From the NCBI GenBank assembly GCA_951406725.2, contig OX597815.1, positions 184,326,001-184,390,000 on the forward strand: a DNA stretch of 64,000 nucleotides, in the 5' to 3' direction. The translations under genes and the position numbers were made by a program. This DNA is from Octopus vulgaris (lineage: Eukaryota). The notes under the pieces are model-generated. The model saw only the letters and a list, made by a program, of their open reading frames with translations, ran no database searches and was not told the DNA's origin. Shown piece by piece: positions 1 through 13,824 of this stretch (positions are counted from its first letter, which is position 1; each line of letters opens with the position of its first letter).

Positions 1-517
1 GGTATCATCATCATGATCATCATCAATAGTACATCAGCAGACTTGCAGGATAGTTGAAATACTTTGTGCTCTACATTCGAAAAAGTTTCTAACACCGTTC
101 GATAATTTGCAAGTTTAAATTACGCCGATACCAGCTTCACTTCTCGTAGTCGAGAAAATAAAGTGCAAATACTGCATTCGATATAATAGGTGCCCTATGA
201 CAACCCCCCACCTCTACTTGTCTGGGCTTATTTACTACTACAGCAGCTGCTGCTGCTGAAGGTGTGGATGCTGCTTTTGTCCCTAATGCTTACTGCTAAC
301 TCTACTGTTGCTCCTGGTGGATAATGCTGTTGCTGCTACTACTGCTGTTGTCCTCCTCCTTCCCTGCTACTGTTTTACTAATATTGCTGCTGCTGCCCCG
401 TTTCTCCTCCTCCTCTTCCTCTTACTACTACTATTACTGCTCTTCAACTTACTACTACTGTTGTTGCATCTCTTCCTCTCCTGCTCGTCTCCCCCTCCTC
501 TTCTCCTCCAACTCACA

Positions 518-985
518 TCATTCATCATCATCATCATTGTTCGACCGTGGTCGAGACAATGGAATTTACCATGCTACGCCAGACTTCACGATCCATCATG
601 GCATTACGGAGGTCCTGTTGCTGGATGCTTGTATCCCTGTAGAACGTGATCAGAGACAGGACCCGGCAAAGCAGGGGCTGAACCTATATCCGCAGGTATA
701 CCATTAGGTCTGGTTACTTGGGGAAGAGGAACCCTGGTGCAGTTAATTGTAAATTCCATAGTCTTTTCAAATGGCTAATAATGTGTGCGCGCGCCACTAA
801 TACACACATTGGAAAGCATTGTACAACCAAGTACTAAAGAAGATCTTTCCTCCTCCATGAAACAAAGCTGTTCCCGCTGGACGTCAACCCAGTATTTCTA
901 AGCTACGGACCGAGTGATTTATTGTAAGGTTATCTCCCTAGATAGATTGCCTTCACTATGGCTAAGGAGCCCTTTCTACCCCACC
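518..985 (-). mobile_element. RTE-clade LINE 3' end with (TGA)n tail; possibly an internally deleted derivative
   Basis: Minus strand 636->532 reads RDTSIQQQDLRNAMMDREVWRSMVNSIVSTTVEQ* then tgatgatga, a typical RTE C-terminus (DRxxWR). Extension to 985 rests on weak resemblance of 920-985 to RTE 5' UTRs. Confidence 0.6.
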
Positions 986-1811
986 TCCAACTCACACTCC
1001 TCCTCCTACTCACTCTCTTCCTCCTACTCACTCTCCTCCTCCCCCTCACTCTCCTCCTCCCCTCACCCTCCTCCTCACCCACCTCCTCTTCAACCCCCTC
1101 CTCTTCTTATTCTTCTTACTACTACTGCTGCTGCTTCTACACTTAACTATTAACCGTAACCAAATTTATTATTCTACCTAAATGATACTTGGTTGTTTCT
1201 TAACTATAAAAGTCAAACAATCACTTCTTCTAACCATATTCCAAAGTCAAATTGTGCCTTTTCAGGCTCTGTATAGATCGTAGCAAACGGTTTGCGATGT
1301 GTAAGACACATCGTACGTACAGACGTCTCAATGTGCAAAATACATACGCACGTTCCATAAGGATCCTCGTTATTCAAGTCCTAATATGATTTGTCATATT
1401 TCATATCCATTTACAATATTTCACGCTAATATTCTTTGTTCAGTAAACTCGATTACATTATGTGCTGGCTTTTCTCTTTGTCCAAGGCTTCCGCCTTTAT
1501 TGTCGGCATCGAAATGAAAATTTCTCCTCCATAGGAATCTTTGGGTTTTTTTTTCTTTCTTTTTCTGTTATCTTTCAAATATTTCTACATGTGGCTTATC
1601 TAAACTTTTGTCTTAAAACGATACTGATATTTTTGTTTAGGGAATTCTGCATGCTTAAGACTTACTATTAAATTTTTTTTTTGGTTGGGGTGTGCGCTTC
1701 GTATAATAACAGTAATATAATCAAATGTTGTCAAATGCCGCTGGGCTGCATCGAATTCTACAGTTGGTCCATTTTCATAACAACAACAACTACTAATATT
1801 ACTACTACTAT

Positions 1812-1847
<36 letters not shown>

Positions 1848-2137
1848 ACACCTTACATATACATTCATATATACATAAATGTAAGTAATACATTTTTTTA
1901 TATTCATCTTTGTATATGATATGTATATATCATACAACTGTCATATACATAGTTAAGCACAAACACACACATATACATACATATATAGATATATGTAATA
2001 CATCTCTTATATACATTTATATATATGACATACATATATCATATAACTGTCATACACACGCACACAACACACACATACATACATATATACATATAATTAT
2101 ATATATTTATTGATAGATATATGTAATACATCTCATG

Positions 2138-2192
<55 letters not shown>

Positions 2193-2325
2193 TATATATA
2201 TCATAACTGTCATATACATGCACTGACACACACACATACATATAATTGCCAAATAAATGTGTGTGCACAAATATGATGACACACATACACACACGCACAC
2301 TCACGCACATATATATAATCGCCAA

Positions 2326-2360
<35 letters not shown>

Positions 2361-2964
2361 CGAATGTAATGAAACACATATGCACACACATGTATGTATG
2401 TATGTATATAAGGAACGCTAATACCTTCCACTGTATTTTGCAAAGTTACAATGGAGTACATAAATTTCTGTATTAAGAGGTTTTACGAACTGAGTCGATA
2501 GTTACGTGCTGAATAGCAAATTAACCTCCCAATCCTGAAAAGTGCGTTGAAAGTTTCTGAGAAGCTGCAATAAAAGAAAGTGTTTATAAGTTGCGCACTC
2601 CCGTTCACCGATAAGAGAATGTGTGAAGATCTAAGAAGTGTATTTTATCTTCAGAATAGATATATTTTTCTTTGATTTCCAGTTACTTCTGTGAAGTATT
2701 GTTATTTTCCATAGAATCATTTTTGATTCATTATTATCAAAAGAATCTAAGCTAATATGCTTCTGTTGGTATTGGCATATTTCTTATTTCTTGTCTGGTT
2801 TTGGCCACATTGAAATTCATAACAATAAATGTATTATATTATGAAGGTATGAGCACATGTTTTAACGTAACTTACTTGTTCTTCCAAGTATATCATAATT
2901 GTTATTGTTGTTATTATTATTATTGTCGTTGTTGTTCATATTGATGATGATGATGATGTTGTTA

Positions 2965-3133
2965 AGGCAGCTAGCAGCATAACCGTACGGAAAATTTCAC
3001 CCGTCTTTGTGTTCTGAGCTCAAATTCCGCCGATGTCGCCTTTGCATTTCATCTTTTCAAAGTCGATAAAGTACCTGTGTAATCGACTAGGCCCCGCCAA
3101 CAAATTTCAGGACTTGGGTCTATAGTAGAAAGG
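2965..3133 (+). mobile_element. SINE family A, degenerate copy with (AAT)n tail
   Basis: Shares ttctgagttcaaattccgccgaggtcgactttgcctttcatcc core and aatttcaggccttgtgcc end with other copies in the window. Confidence 0.75.
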
Positions 3134-3178
3134 ATAATAATAATAATGATAACAATAATAATAATAATAATAATAATA

Positions 3179-3221
<43 letters not shown>

Positions 3222-3222
<1 letters not shown>

Positions 3223-4766
3223 GTGATGAAAAACACGCAGCTTATTATGCTGGGTATGATGGAAAGTGTCAGCTGTCCACAGTCAGCAGACTAAAGTGAC
3301 ACTTGTTTACTGGTCATGCTTCAAGAACCCTGCAAAGAATTCTTGCAGTTCCAAGCAATGCTGATATTTGAAGGTGTTCTGCCTTCACACTTACACCAGT
3401 CTTTTTCAACCATGCTGGGAGTTGAGTGCTGATACTTCCAAGTGCACCAATTCCCATTGGTATCATGTCTATTCTTCTCATCGAGCAAAACCTTCGTATT
3501 TCCCACTTCAAATCATCAAATCATCAGAGTTGTTTATTTCTTCTTTCACATTGATACTGTTGTCACCGGGGGCATGTCGATTGCCATGCATGTTCTTTCT
3601 TTTTTATTCACTACAGATTTACGATGTCTGGTCAGGTGATCTCACTGGATCATTGGAGCGCAGAGGATTTTGCAAATCTTATTCTCGGTGACCCCTTCTC
3701 GAGTTTACTCATACCTCGTCTTTGCTGTTTCTTGACGTGATTTCCACAGAACTACTAGATCATTCTTGCCACATTGTAATGTTCGTTTTCCATTACTCCC
3801 TCTGGCTTTTGTTCATTCCATTGTTCGGCTCTCTCGAGGTTTGCTTTACTGCACAAACGCCAGTGGTCATATCTGGCCACATTGTCGTATCCGCTTTTGT
3901 ATTGGCGTTGGGCGAGCTTATAGCAACCGATAACAATATGGTTTACACTTTCTCCCTTCGCAGAGGACGTCCTACACTGTGGCGAGTCGGTGCTATTCTC
4001 AATGTGATATTTGGAGTAGTTTGTTCTGACAGCCTGTTCTAGAGCGGTGCACACTAATGACTCAGAGGGCTCTTTAAGTCTCACTTCTGCAGCCATTTCT
4101 TGGTTCCATTCCAATCAATCTCATCTTTATTCTTCAAGAACTGACTGTGCATTTTCTAGTCCTAACAAATTTCCTTCATCTGCTCTCTGTTTTTTTTTTT
4201 AAATTGTGATAGATCTATGGCTTCGTTTACTTTAAGGTTCCCTGCATTTTTACTGCTTCAATCATTTCTTCTTTTACCATACTTGACATACCAAACCAGG
4301 CTATTCTCCTCTTCCCTTACACAACCTTCACAACACACCAATTCTCGTCCTCCTTCTTTCCCCTTTACATACAATCTTGACACAACACTATTGGGATGTA
4401 GTTTCTTGTTCAATGTCATTAATTTATCTGTTCTCTGATCTATCTCTTGTAATGCATGTTACTTCCAGCCCCATATCTCATCAAAGCTACCGCCCACGTG
4501 TTCCTTGCTCTAATCTTATAGCGGCCATTTACCTTCGATTGGATCAGAAGCCGAGTTTTCCTCAAATACTCTTTCCTGTACATTTCTTTAATCTTGTGTT
4601 CATTCATCTTATCTGTTTGAAGGGTACCCAGATACTTATATCCTTCCCCTCCGAATTACTTTATAGTTTCACTACTTTCCAGCTTGATCTCATGGCTTTT
4701 AATGATTTCCCTTGTTGAGAATCATTACACCATATTTCACGATCCCAAATCCCATGCCAATATCAA

Positions 4767-4770
<4 letters not shown>
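3222..4770 (-). mobile_element. 5'-truncated R4/Dong-clade LINE (RT C-terminus, zinc knuckle, RLE endonuclease), decayed
   Basis: Minus-strand peptides DIGMGFGIVKYGVMILNKG, GYKYLG, SPQCR..GESVNHIVIGCYKLAQRQYK, IGALGSI..LQISALLGTARILCRVLE; frameshifts and stops; (ATT)n on both flanks. Confidence 0.9.
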
Positions 4771-4815
<45 letters not shown>

Positions 4816-5368
4816 CATTCTTCTTATTCATCATCCCCATCTGTGTTTATTTATTTAGGCTTTTTTGACGATGTTGTTTCTATCAACATTCATTTGTTTT
4901 GAAAGAATTATAAATTAATTTTTTTTCATTTAACAAGAAGTGCTACACAGTAAAATCAGAATTATATTATATCTATAAAATTTGTGTTTGTACTATAAAA
5001 TCAATAAACAAATGAATAGATATACGGTAAATAAATATCAGCCACAAGACCTGTTGCAGAATCAGTAATTATGCGAGCAATTTCATGAATCACTTTAGAA
5101 TGATACTGAAATTTTCTGAATTCGATGTCTCAATAGATAAATCATAAAATGAAACATTAAACCTTCACAGATATAAGTGACTAATTTGTCAATTTAATTA
5201 ATACTTACGGTGATTTATATCTAGCCTCTCTACCACATAATAATAGTATGTTTATTTCACTTAATAGCACCTTTTATGACGAGTCTATTTGAAATGTACA
5301 ACCTCTAATAAATTTGTAGCAAATATGTTTCCGAGACTGAGATTATGTGGCAAATCAATAGTAGAAGT

Positions 5369-5423
<55 letters not shown>

Positions 5424-5749
5424 AGAGAGAGAGAGAGACAAATGAATTTATTTATATATACAATTATGTTTTTTATAGATTGACAGATAACAGATATATA
5501 TACATATATGTATATATTATAGATATATATATTTGTGTGTATGTATATATATTTGCATACGCACACACATATACATATGTAAGTAATTATTTGAACTTTG
5601 AAATTACGGTTAGTAATATACCGATTAAAGCACTTTCACCGTTTAGGTTACCGATGTCATCCTCAGTTATGATAAGTGTCATTGGATCTCTTTCAAGAAT
5701 TCCTGGAATTCATCGAGTGAAATTATGTATGTATGTATGTAGGTATGTA

Positions 5750-5780
<31 letters not shown>

Positions 5781-5789
5781 ATGTATGTA

Positions 5790-5892
5790 TACACATACAT
5801 CTGCGTGTATATATGCACATACATCTGCGTGTATATATGCACATACATCTGCGTGTATATATGCACATACATCTGCGTGTATATATGCACAT
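5790..5892. repeat. 24-bp minisatellite, about 4 copies (acatacatctgcgtgtatatatgc)
   Basis: Direct tandem units visible in sequence. Confidence 0.9.
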
Positions 5893-5934
5893 ATATATAT
5901 GTATATATATATATATTCATATATATATTTCAAC

Positions 5935-6162
5935 TATTCTGCCCATGCTTCTGTACACACCTTTCAATGCCATGTGTGCCATAAGGTCTCTAAATCTAAA
6001 GGACGCCTCAAAAGACATTTTAAGATCCACAAAGAACAGAACTTATCTGCAGCTGCTGGAGGTCCAAATCAGATATGCAAGCTATGTGGGTGTCTCTTCA
6101 ATACATTCCCTTGTATAAAAAGCTACGAGCTAGGTTTCCTTAAGAAGCCAGCAGAACCTTAA
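5935..6162 (+). pseudogene. Isolated C2H2 zinc-finger fragment, probably a LINE ORF C-terminus
   Basis: FQCHVCHKVSKSKGRLKRHFKIH (C-x2-C-x12-H-x3-H, 5968-6030) plus a broken second finger (CKLC..KSY); no TGEKP linker; upstream part of the ORF is microsatellite. Confidence 0.55.
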
Positions 6163-6779
6163 TTTGCATGGAGTCGAATGATACTATTTTAAATAGTAAT
6201 ATATATTTTAAATAGTGATAGATAGATAGATAGATAGATAAGAGAGAGAGAAAGAAAGAAAACAATTGGTATTCTATTCTCATTAGCGTTTAGAATAATC
6301 CAGTACTAAATAATTTCTGTGAGAGTCCTACTGAAGTACAAATAAATAAACATAGAAAGTGAATTTGAACCTGTACATACTTGTTTTAGTCATAATTCAG
6401 TACGACGTAGGACATGGACATTTGAAGCATCCCCCTTGACCTTAAGCTGGTTCTGGGGATTATCAAGGAAATATATTTTCATGGGATAACTTCCCAAAAT
6501 TGGCATATCACAGACAATGATAGGGTACGATAATATTCTCTTTAAACAATCTCCACCAGATCATATCAGGTCATTCCATAATTTCTGTCAAATGATCAAA
6601 TGTTATATTAGATTGAAATTTAACCATCAATGTACTTTCTCTGATTATCCATGACTTCCTTCCATCTATTTGTAAGATTTTTCATGCCATCAATATAAAA
6701 CTCTTTTGGTTTCAAAGCGAAGAACTCTGAAATGCCAGTTTCGACTAATCGTTGAACAGTGTTTTTCTACTATCCCTAC

Positions 6780-7115
6780 TAAGTCTACAGGAAGCAGCGT
6801 AACGATGTTGTGTGTATGATGGGACTGGAAAGGGATTATCCATGATGAATTGCTTGAACGGAACCAAACAGTCAACGCGGAAGTCTCTGTTCAACACATG
6901 GAATGACTCAACACAGCTATTCAAGAGAAAAGACCTAATCGGCAGCATGGGGTTCTTCTGCTGCAGGACAACGCCCGCCCTTATATCGCCAATATGATCA
7001 AGGAAGCCATTTAAACGCATGGCTGGGAAGTACTGCCACACCCTCCGTACTCTCCTCGTTTGGCACCAACAGATTTCCATCTCTTTCGATCTCTTTCAAA
7101 TGCTATGCGCGGAGA
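6780..7115 (+). mobile_element. Mariner transposase fragment (catalytic domain), decayed
   Basis: Reads ELLERNQTVNAE..EKRPNRQHGVLLLQDNARPY..GWEVLPHPPYSPRLAPTDFHLFRSLSNAMRG; matches mariner HDNARPH and YSPDLAP motifs; contains stops and frameshifts. Confidence 0.92.
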
Positions 7116-7273
7116 ATGTGGTACGGACGGCTCTTTGAAATGCGGGTACAATTCAGATTTGTTAATTGAGTGGACTGGAGCAATCTAAGATAAAGTGTTT
7201 TGCTGCCTGGAATCGAATGCACGACCTCACGATCATGAGCCGAATATACAAACCACTGACACACGCGCCTTCA
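7116..7273 (-). mobile_element. SINE family C fragment truncating the mariner relic
   Basis: Reverse complement matches the gtgaaggcgcgtg..agtggtt head and ttgctccagtccactca core of the 16972, 57073 and 61648 copies. Confidence 0.7.
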
Positions 7274-7281
7274 CAAATATC

Positions 7282-7610
<329 letters not shown>

Positions 7611-7991
7611 CAAACACACGTCGGTGTGTGTATGTGTGTACATGTGAATAAATGTGAATTTATGACTTCAAAGAAAATACTTGATTCGAGTCTATCGATT
7701 AAAACATTTGAAGCAGTGAATCCGTTTAGTCACATATTGAAAGATAGAAACCATAAGACGGAGGAAATAGAAAATGCATCCCATATAATATAATTATACA
7801 CATCTAACGTGCACTAGTTTTCATAAACATTCCTGTATTCTCATAGATCTCTTTTATAAGCTTATATATCATAATTAATAACACGACAATATTTTCGATT
7901 CTTGATTTGATCTTTTATTTCAATTTCAAACCATAGCAAATTTCGACATAAAGTGATCGTTATCAGGATTAGGAATAATATATCAAATATG

Positions 7992-8247
7992 TGGAGGCGT
8001 AATGGCCTAGTGGTTAGGGCAGCGGACTCGCGGTCGCAGGATCGCGGTTTCGATTCCCAGACCGGGCGTTGTGAGTGTTTATTGAGCGAAAACACCTAAA
8101 AGCTAAACGAGGCTCCGGCAGGGGGTAGTGATCCCTGCTCGCTTAGCCAGCGGGGTGGCGTCATTCGAAGGCTAAAAAAATGCGAACGCATTGTGACCAG
8201 CGATGTGTAACAACATCTGATGGTCGGGTCGGTCACGTGATCACGTG
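7992..8247 (+). mobile_element. SINE family D (tRNA-derived) with 11-bp TSD
   Basis: A box tggcctagtgg, B box ggtttcgattccc; TSD atatcaaatat at 7980-7990 and 8248-8258; homologous to 24162 and 60388. Confidence 0.9.
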
Positions 8248-8364
8248 ATATCAAATATATTGCGTATATATTTAATAAACTGAGCCAATCATGATAAGAC
8301 AACGGGAAAAAGCGTGACATGTGGTGAGGGGTTTCTTTCAAATCACTACGTTTCGGGTTCACTC

Positions 8365-8568
8365 CCATGGCGTGGCACTTTAGGCAGAGACCGTCTCCTG
8401 TAGTTTCGAGCCAAATAAAACTTTGTGAATGGATTTCTTAGATGTGGGTGTATGTCAAGAAGTTTGCTTCCCAACCACTTAATTCCGGGTTCAGTTCCAC
8501 TGCACTGAAGCTTATGCAAGTGTCCTCCTTCGACCGACGAAATCCTTATGAAGGGATTTCGTAAATGT

Positions 8569-8611
<43 letters not shown>

Positions 8612-8835
8612 TGTGTGTGTGTGTTATGCATGTGTATGTCTATATATATATATATATATATATATTCATGTGTGTGTATTTGTCCTCCACCACCGCTTGA
8701 CAACCGCTCTTGATTGTTTACATCCCGGTAACTTAGCAGCACGGTAACAGAGACCTATAGAATAAGTATCAGACATCGAAATTCTTTAATGTGGCAACCT
8801 AGCATGGCCACAGTCCAATGACTGAAACCATTATA
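8365..8835 (+). mobile_element. SINE family B, degenerate, with a partial copy in front
   Basis: ccgggttcagttccactgc head, internal (TA)n(TG)n, tail gcttgacaaccg..gcatggccacagtc..tgactgaaac. Confidence 0.8.
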
Positions 8836-10259
8836 AGATGAAAATATTTATAAATAAAACATTTGTAAATTATTAAATCACCCAAAACCCGTAATACTTG
8901 TTTCACATTCGTTCCTTTACAGTGCAGCTCATACATATTTCAAGCAAAGTTGGATAGGATCATTTCGAGAAACCAATCTATTTAATTTTTAATAATTTTG
9001 TTTTGGTTTCGTTGCAATATAAACACAAACAATATGAATACTCGCTGTCGCATTTAAGGTTATCCTATTTTCAGTAAATATATGTCTGCTGTTTGCTTCA
9101 TCTAAATAACGGTGAGTATTATACGTAAAAAGAAAAATATTGTTTGTATGAATAGTGTCTCTGTTTCCAAAGTATGATATTTTTAGTTAAAGTTATCTGC
9201 GGTTATTAAAATCGGATAAGGTGGTTATATCATTCTGCAGTTTAGGCAATTCATCAAAATTATAAAGCTTAGATTTTTTTTCCTGTGGAGATCTTCTATT
9301 AGCATTTTTAGGACACGTTTAGATTTCTGTTTCTGTATAGCGGAACAGATTCAATAGCTTTTCGTTAAGGCTCCATTTATTCATTACCATTCGACTTGAT
9401 ACTGAACTTTATGCCACTGGTTTCAAACTATATGTCTCGTTTCTCTCCCGCCCTTACTACGAAAGCAACTGCAGATGGGGCACCAACAACCTCTAGTCAA
9501 ATTTCCCACGAAATTTACTAATTTTATTAAGCAAATTTAAATATACATTTCAAATTAAACAACTCTAAGCAAGAGATAATCATGCCAACGAATGAACCGT
9601 ATATGGTGGATTTGCATGCGAAAAATTATATTATTTCCTCTAATCACACAGGACCTTATGAAGTAATGAATGTAAACAATGTATGAAGTGATCTTAGGTT
9701 ACCACGAGACAAGTAGGTTATTGCGTCCGAAATGCCTCTCCCCATAGGTTACTCAATCAAAGTTACCATGAACCTAAACTAAGACATCTTTTGTAAAAGT
9801 GATAATTAGATATCAAAGTATAGCTTTTCAAATGAAAAGAAGAGGAATTTTAAATATATAAGCTGAATCGTATACAGATATTCTTTATAGATAAACATTA
9901 GTGTTCACAATACCTCATATTATATGCACGGAAGAAACTAATAACTTACAAGTAACAATTTAGTTGCTGTTGTAATGACGGGTTGTAACTGACTTCTCGT
10001 GACATCCTCCAGTAGTAACATAATTGCTTAAAGCAATTTCCATAGTTTTATATAATTTCCAACACGCCTATTACTTTGACTTTTAATTACATGTATTAAA
10101 CAAAGAAGAAAACTCCTAAGCAGAATTATGATTTTGAGAAGTTTACACATAATACAGACAGACGTCGTGTGCATAATGTTAAACAGTAAATTATTGTCAA
10201 GATGAATTGTAATTTCATGTATTTTATCGTTTATTATCGGAATATTCAGTTTAATTATG

Positions 10260-10640
10260 TATTCTCGTTTTCTTGAATGCCTTACTTAATTCGCTCTTGG
10301 GTGTGGCGTCAACAAACATTACACAGTGAAATTTCTCGTTATCATACCAAGTATTGGTTTTATTTCTTTTGTTGGTGTCTCTCTCTAACCTATTCCAGAA
10401 CTTGTTGCGCTATAGGGGGTATATAGCGTTTCCGCCATCTCCTAGAATGCGTTCGAATCTTGTTTTCGCTCCTTTGTAGACTCTGATCCTATCGTACTGT
10501 GTGTATCTGGAGCGTTGCATTCGGAATATGTAGTGCTGGGTGTGTTGTTGTCGTTCTTGTGGTTGGCATAGTGAGGATACATTCCTCATTCCTTTAAGTC
10601 TGCCACTAGGTATTACTCGACATCGCTGAGTCTCTACGGA
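10260..10640 (-). mobile_element. Penelope-like element RT thumb/linker relic
   Basis: Minus strand reads FRMQRSRYTQYDRIRVYKGAKTRFERI..KFWNRLER..WYDNEKFHCVMFVDATPKSELSKAF; the WY..VMFVDATPxSEL pattern resembles PLE linkers. Confidence 0.65.
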
Positions 10641-11560
10641 TTACCATGAATCTGATATTTTAGTCACAGATTTAAAGAAAAATCTCTTTGTTTTTTTGAA
10701 ACAATTTACATAGTCGTTATGGTAATTAATCACAATTTAAGACACCAGAATAAGCGGATATACAACCATAGGTATTATAACTAGGAACATCCGAACTAAC
10801 TGGACTGTAATTCTGAACCAAAAGTGTCGTACATTTTAAAGAATGGACAAATGCGTTGCGAAAACCTTCAATTTTGTGTGTGTGTGTGTGTGTGCGTCCG
10901 TCCGTCCGTGCGTGCGTGTGTGTTTGTGTATGCTCGTGTGTAAATTGTATTAGTTTGTAACTCCGAGTTTCAAGTTACAAAATGGAGTCTGCATACAATA
11001 TTTTAGGAGAGATTACCATATTGTCTTCTACTAGCGAAATTTAAATATCAGTCATAATTCCATAACCAAGTTTTTATCATCTGAAGACTTCAATCTGAGA
11101 AGGTTATGCATATAGTTAGACAAATTGTATCAAAACTAGAATATATGAAGTTACTCACGAAAAAAAAAAGTCACGCAGTTATCCGATAGATTTAGTAAAC
11201 TTAGAGAAATTGTCTCATCGCAAATATTTCCTCTAAGCATTTTTCACACTGGTACTTTGAATTTGAGATATTACTAATGAAAGTGGTTCGATCTCACAGA
11301 TTTGCGTATGAATTAAGATCATTTAGAATTAATCATCTATTACTATTTAGAAAGGCCTGGTCAATTATTTCTCTTCTCCGCACTTTATCCAACTAATGAC
11401 AAAGATTCAATTCTGTTGTATGAAAATTATATGTTGACCAGTAGAATTCATCAATAAGCTCTATTATTCGTGGTTCCTAGTAAATATATCGAGAACTCTG
11501 AATTTGTGATGAGAAGAGCTATATATATATGTGTGTGTGTGTGTGTGCGTGCGTATATAT

Positions 11561-11808
11561 TTACTCTTTTAATTGTTTCAGTCATTTGATTGTGGCCATG
11601 CTTGAGCACCGCCTTTTGTCGAGCACATCGACCCCAGGACTTATTCTTTGTAAGCCTAGTATTCTTTCGGTCTCTTTTGCCTAACCACTAAGTTATGGGG
11701 ACGTAAATACACCAGCATCGGTTGTCAAGCGATGTTGGAGGGACAAACGCACAAACATACACACGCGCGCACACACACACGTATATATATATATATATTT
11801 ATATATAT

Positions 11809-11839
<31 letters not shown>

Positions 11840-12019
11840 GATAGATAGATACACATATATACGACGGGCTTCTTTCAGTTTCCATCTACCAAATCCACTC
11901 ACAAGGCTTTGGTTGACCCGAAGCTAAATTAGACACTTGCCCAAGTTGCTACGCAGTGGGACTGAACCCGGAACCATGTAGTTCGTAAGCAAGCTACTTA
12001 CCACGCAGCCACTCCTACT

Positions 12020-12020
<1 letters not shown>
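11561..12020 (-). mobile_element. SINE family B, near full length
   Basis: Reverse complement of the 29601-30055 copy including the internal microsatellite and CORE-like cttgggcaagt. Confidence 0.9.
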
Positions 12021-12053
<33 letters not shown>

Positions 12054-13195
12054 TATATATATACACATATATATTCTTGATTTTTTTTCAGTCGTCTAAT
12101 ACCATATTCATGCCGGTTTAGGGATGACGATTTCATTCCATGTAGTTCAATATCTTATCCACCTGCGATCAAAAACATTTGGAGCTGAGTGTACTCTACA
12201 CATGTTTTGAATCATTAAACTTGCACCATAGCTGGTTATCGATTCAATCGGTTATAAACATGTTATAAAGTCTGGTGATTATTGAAGCAAATGTATCATG
12301 ATTCATTTATTTCCATCCAGGGATGTCGTTAATCATTTATGAACCCCCTGTGTACCACTGTGATGCGTTTTCTCTTTCCACGTTTATCTTATTTCTCTAT
12401 ATCTAAGATTAGCAGGTTTACATTGTAGACAGTTGTCTTTCTTATATAGCCATTAACAATGGTATTGCTAAACCTGTAGGAAGCAAAGGAGAATATTAAG
12501 ATCTAATCAGTTCAATTACTACTAATACAAGTATGCTGGCATAAAATTTACTCTCATTTTAATATGCAACCACCATCAAAGCTTGGATATTCTTATAAAC
12601 AAGTATAGATCTCAAAATATTGCAAGGTTTAGCTAACATATTACATCCGTTCTTTTCCACACTGCCATCGAGCATAATAAACGCTATTAAATTTTAAAGA
12701 GATACTATATCACATTATCATAGGGTTAATCAGTGTGCAGCATTTCTAGTGATTCAAGAGTGTTATTTAGTGATTTTGTAACTGTAGCATCTAGAAGCGT
12801 AAGTTGATGCCTTAACACCTGATACGTACTCAAAGCTTATGACTTTGTTTTTAAGAGGACAATTCAGATGGACCTAAGCAATTGATAAAACAAATCTATT
12901 CCTGAAGTGTTTGAGATATGTCTCCAAAATCTTCAGCATAAATCTGGGTGGTTGTTTATGAAATGAATATAAAATGACGTAGGAAGAGATAAGATGAGTT
13001 TGTAGATAAACAGCAGACCATATAGAAAAACGTTAAGACTAGTTAAGTTTTGGAAGTTTGGTGGGATGAAACATACGAAACCAATGAACCAGAGGTTGTT
13101 TAAGGAGTAGGAGCTGCAAAGCTTTACTTTAAATTGTGAAATGAAGTTTAGTATATTGCATTGACGAATGAATAAAATTGGTTTTTATTGTTTCA

Positions 13196-13583
13196 CTAGC
13201 AGTATTGCCTAGCGTTGAACGGGTTTTTTCGACCCTTTAGAATTGCAATTTTTGAAAAGTAAAGATTTTGCATTATGTAGCTTGTTATTCTCTTTAAGGG
13301 ACCATTTTTCTAGTTGAAATACACCGAAAAAGGGCGACACAGCAGTCAAAGAATCGTAAAAAATAGTTATTTTCATAGAAAAAAAGCACCTTTTTGATGT
13401 AAATAATTTTTGATGTCAACCTGGTCCGATTTGAATTTTTTCTACTACAGGAGGAGCAAGCTTTCTTCTCTCATACTCTCAATTTTTGTCAACCTGCGCC
13501 GCAGGGTCTCGGGGGAGATAGTGTTAGTTGAAGGCTACCAAACTTGCCACACACAGACAACTTCAGCTTTATATATATAGAGA
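13196..13583 (-). mobile_element. Non-autonomous Helitron
   Basis: Minus strand starts TC, ends CTAG, lies between A and T, has a decayed subterminal hairpin; closely similar copy at 26116-26510. Confidence 0.85.
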
Positions 13584-13824
13584 TGTATGGAAAACTAAAT
13601 TTAAAAAGTAATATCAATATACGAATTAGTATGACAACCACATGATAATTAAATATGTTTGAGATTGTTTTCTATTCTAAATTTTGTTTCCTTTCTGAAG
13701 AAATGATACAAAAACAATGTTTTATGTCTACTTAGACTATTTACTTTTAACACGATTATGACTAAAAAAATATTTTCAAACGTCGCTTATACAAATTAAA
13801 GGTACTATCAATAATGCCTTCTTG

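Noticed and set aside
1215-1382. Open minus frame (..HRKPFATIYTEPEKAQFDFG..) as a host exon
   Set aside because: Poor splice acceptor; faint similarity to the LINE RT KAFD region; too weak to call either way.
3135-3222. (AAT)n/(ATT)n palindrome
   Set aside because: Explained by a plus-strand SINE tail meeting the minus-strand LINE flank.
5625-5670. Minus-strand CTGAGGA..GAAAGTGCTT; similar weak motifs at 53075-53125 and 54075-54105
   Set aside because: Core or stems broken; possibly dead pLTR HHRs but not supportable from single copies.
6385-6560. Higher-complexity stretch with a ~56-codon minus frame
   Set aside because: No recognisable domain, bounded by stops, no convincing splice pair.
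7992-8066. tRNA gene-like sequences at SINE heads
   Set aside because: No complete acceptor stem; they continue into SINE bodies with TSDs.
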